A stretch of DNA of 64,000 bases from Planctomycetota bacterium. Its GTDB lineage: Bacteria; Planctomycetota; UBA1135; UBA2386. This document shows positions 62,167-64,000 of the stretch, in pieces. The stretch covers positions 136,631 to 200,630 of the forward strand of contig JACKIB010000004.1 in NCBI GenBank assembly GCA_020638695.1, read 5' to 3'. The notes beneath the pieces are model-generated. The model had not been told where the DNA came from. It did no database searches and was given only the letters and a program-made list of their open reading frames with translations. The position numbers were made by a program, and so were the translations under genes. Within the stretch, counting starts at the first letter, position 1. Each line of letters begins with the position of its first letter.

Positions 62167-63014
62167 GGCTGTTCCTCGCCTGCTACCTGCCGCTCGCTAT
62201 CGCCTACGGGGACACCTGGGTGTGGATCTGGGATCGCTGGATGCAGGGTGAGTACTACTCGCACGGTCCGTTGCTGCCGATCGTCGCCGTGTTCGTGGTG
62301 CTCAACCAACGCACGCGATGGACCGAGCAACCGGCGACGCCCGATCGCCGCGGTTGGTGGCTGCTCGGCCTCGGTCTGTTGCTGCGCTTTGCCGGCGCCG
62401 CGCAGACCGTCGACTCGCTGTCTGCCGCCAGCCTCATGCCGTCGATCGCCGGGCTGGTGCAGTTGACCGTCGGCTGGCGGCGGCTGGTCTCGCTGCTGCC
62501 GGTTATCGGCTTGTTGGCGCTCGCGACGCCGATGCCGATGGATCTGACCGGGCGGGTCGCGTTCGAGCTCAAGGAAGTATCGATCCGCGGCGCGCTGGCG
62601 ATCTGCGAGATGGTCGACCTCGGCGTGTTCCGCCACGGCGCGAACATCAAGGTGCCTGGCCAAGCGGTGATGCTGCCGGTGGCCGACGCGTGTGGTGGCC
62701 TGCGCTCGCTGCTGGCGCTTTCGACGTTGGGCTACTGCCTGGCGTTCTTCATGGGCTCCAGCAGCTTCAAGCGCCGCGCGGTGATCATCCTGCTGACCGT
62801 GCCCTTGGCTGCCGGCGTCAACATCCTGCGGATCGTCGGGCTGTGCGTCATGGCCAAGCGCGTCGACGTGTACTATGCGGGGGGAACCGGCCACACGATC
62901 ATGAACCTCTCGGCTTGGGTGGTGAACATCGGCATCCTGTTGCTGGTGGACTCGCTGCTCGAGCGCGGTCGCCCGGGTCGGCGCCCCCTGGTCGCGCAGG
63001 AGGCGCGGGCATGA
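62163..63014 (+). CDS. Exosortase (EpsH family transpeptidase)
   Basis: ATG overlaps the preceding stop (ATGA). About 8 TM helices and the conserved Cys in VADACGGLRSL. Also Arg in GVNILRIVG and His in GGTGHTIMN, the pattern I recognise for exosortases. Confidence 0.85.
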   Translation: MRLFLACYLPLAIAYGDTWVWIWDRWMQGEYYSHGPLLPIVAVFVVLNQRTRWTEQPATPDRRGWWLLGLGLLLRFAGAAQTVDSLSAASLMPSIAGLVQLTVGWRRLVSLLPVIGLLALATPMPMDLTGRVAFELKEVSIRGALAICEMVDLGVFRHGANIKVPGQAVMLPVADACGGLRSLLALSTLGYCLAFFMGSSSFKRRAVIILLTVPLAAGVNILRIVGLCVMAKRVDVYYAGGTGHTIMNLSAWVVNIGILLLVDSLLERGRPGRRPLVAQEARA

Positions 63015-63655
63015 TTCGGGTGCCGGTCAAGTCGAGCGTCGCGTTGTGGCTGCTGGCGCCGCTCATGCTCTCGTTGAGCGTGGTGCGGCCGCCGAATCCG
63101 CGCAGCGACCGAGCGAGTCGGCTGCCGACCGAGCTCGGCGGGTTCCACCTGAAGAAGCGGATGGCCATCACCGCCAACATGGAGCGGCTGCTCGGCACGC
63201 GTGACGTCGCCTGGTGGGTGTTCGCCGACGCCGCCGGGCACGAGTCGTACGTGACGATGGTGTTCCACGACAGCAACTGGAAGAGTCTGCACCCGCCGCA
63301 CATCTGCATCCGCGGGTCGAACTTCAACATCGACCAGGACGGTGCGATGCAGGTCGGGCTCGACGATGGGCGGAAGATCGAGGTCGGCCGGTTGCGCGCC
63401 ACGGTGCAGAATGACCCGAGCCGTGACTACCTGAGCTACTTCGCGTTCGTCGGCAAGGACTTCGTGACGCCGAGCTTCTTCAAGTTCTACCTGCAGCACG
63501 CCCCGCGAGCCTTGGTGCGCAGTTCGACCTCCGGGTTCCTGTTGCGGGTCGAGTCGTTCATCGGCAAGGACGGTCCCGCGGCGACCGAGCAGCGCTGCCT
63601 GAGCCTGTTCCGCGCCGCACTGCCGGCCGGCGAGCGGCTAGTGGGCGTGCGGTGA
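63011..63655 (+). CDS. epsI: EpsI-family exosortase-associated protein
   Basis: ATG overlaps the exosortase stop (ATGA). An N-terminal TM anchor and the LHPPHICIRGSNF motif. Size and position directly after the exosortase fit the family. Confidence 0.7.
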   Translation: MIRVPVKSSVALWLLAPLMLSLSVVRPPNPRSDRASRLPTELGGFHLKKRMAITANMERLLGTRDVAWWVFADAAGHESYVTMVFHDSNWKSLHPPHICIRGSNFNIDQDGAMQVGLDDGRKIEVGRLRATVQNDPSRDYLSYFAFVGKDFVTPSFFKFYLQHAPRALVRSSTSGFLLRVESFIGKDGPAATEQRCLSLFRAALPAGERLVGVR

Positions 63656-64000
63656 AGCACGCGCTGTCGATCGACGTCGAGGACTGGTTCCAGGTCCTCA
63701 ACATGGCGCAGTTGATCGATCGCGCCGACTGGGAGCGATTCGAACTCCGCTGCGCGGACTCGACGCGGGTGTTCCTGGACCTGCTGGCGGCACACGACGC
63801 GCGGGCCACGTTCTTCTTCCTCGGCTGGATCGCCGAGCGGCTGCCGGAGTTGGTGCGCGAAGTGGTGGCCGCCGGCCACGAGATCGGCTCGCACGGCTAC
63901 GACCACAAGGTGCTACCGGAGCTCGGCGCCGAGGGTTTCGCCGCCGATCTGGCGCGCACCAACGCGGTGCTCCAGCAGGTCGCGGGAGTGCGGCCGATCG
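63652..64000 (+). CDS. Polysaccharide deacetylase (NodB/CE4 family), 3' end outside window
   Basis: Not in the ORF track because it has no stop. GTG 63652 overlaps the epsI stop (GTGA). My translation is VKHALSIDVEDWFQV...ATFFFLGWIAERLPELVREVVAAGHEIGSHGYDH, which carries the CE4 motifs. Confidence 0.8.
   Translation, partial: MKHALSIDVEDWFQVLNMAQLIDRADWERFELRCADSTRVFLDLLAAHDARATFFFLGWIAERLPELVREVVAAGHEIGSHGYDHKVLPELGAEGFAADLARTNAVLQQVAGVRPI

Noticed and set aside
12045-62318. N-terminal extensions of listed ORFs (12045, 13054, 14391, 27016, 27801, 42207, 43190, 45963, 47531, 51349, 52071, 59593, 62142, 62318)
   Set aside because: The extensions overlap the preceding well-supported gene in another frame and encode Arg/Pro/Gly-rich strings. 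In each case an in-frame ATG, GTG or TTG overlapping or just after the upstream stop yields a sensible N-terminus (signal peptide or Rossmann motif).
1-64000. tRNA, rRNA, tmRNA or RNase P genes in intergenic regions
   Set aside because: Scanning the intergenic gaps over 60 bp by eye revealed no cloverleaf-like arm pattern or rRNA-like conserved strings. This is a weak negative and should be confirmed with tRNAscan-SE or Infernal.

Overview
Very GC-rich (about 68-70 % G+C by eye, not computed), densely coding 64-kb chromosomal segment of a diderm bacterium (TolC-type OMP, RseP, many lipobox lipoproteins, exosortase). The taxon cannot be fixed from the sequence alone. I can support about 50 protein genes and found no rRNA, tRNA or CRISPR array.
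- 0-17 kb: housekeeping genes (cca, UbiA-family prenyltransferase, rseP, dxr, NUDIX, purM) mixed with secreted HEAT/TPR proteins.
- 17-24 kb, minus strand: two tandem paralogous secreted HEAT-repeat genes and a large transglutaminase-core gene. The second HEAT paralog and the transglutaminase gene are interrupted by single-base frameshifts.
- 25.3-30.7 kb: a tightly overlapping five-gene operon (TPR/HEAT lipoprotein, galE, HEAT lipoprotein, small cytoplasmic protein, UPF0104/flippase-like membrane protein).
- 30.9-34.7 kb, the most unusual region: three head-to-tail ~1.37-kb copies of a unit made of a Y1/HUH (RAYT-type) transposase gene bracketed by two long perfect hairpins. Only the middle copy is intact, and the array ends in an 8-nt microsatellite.
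- 34.9-47.7 kb: PfkB-family kinase, a divergent DnaA-like AAA+ gene coupled to tmk-holB, S41 protease, moaC, asd, accB-accC-pfk.
- 47.8-64 kb: an exopolysaccharide locus (five SDR sugar-nucleotide enzymes including rmlD/rmlB, an RmlA-like transferase, Wza-like, Wzz-like, O-antigen-ligase-like, asnB-type amidotransferase, two GT4 glycosyltransferases, exosortase, EpsI, NodB-type deacetylase). It is interrupted by three abutting MITE-like elements.
Three families of short TIR-bounded elements (called X, Y and Z here) all abut CTAG tetranucleotides, and three of those CTAGs are the TAG stop codons of neighbouring genes.
My best candidates for something not yet described are the tandemly amplified RAYT/hairpin module and the CTAG/stop-codon-targeting MITE families. 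I did not recognise a clear novel defence or secretion system.
All product names come from motif recognition in the supplied translations. No database search, HMM, folding or statistics could be run. Many long ORFs in the track are antisense or out-of-frame shadows typical of high-GC DNA and were not called.
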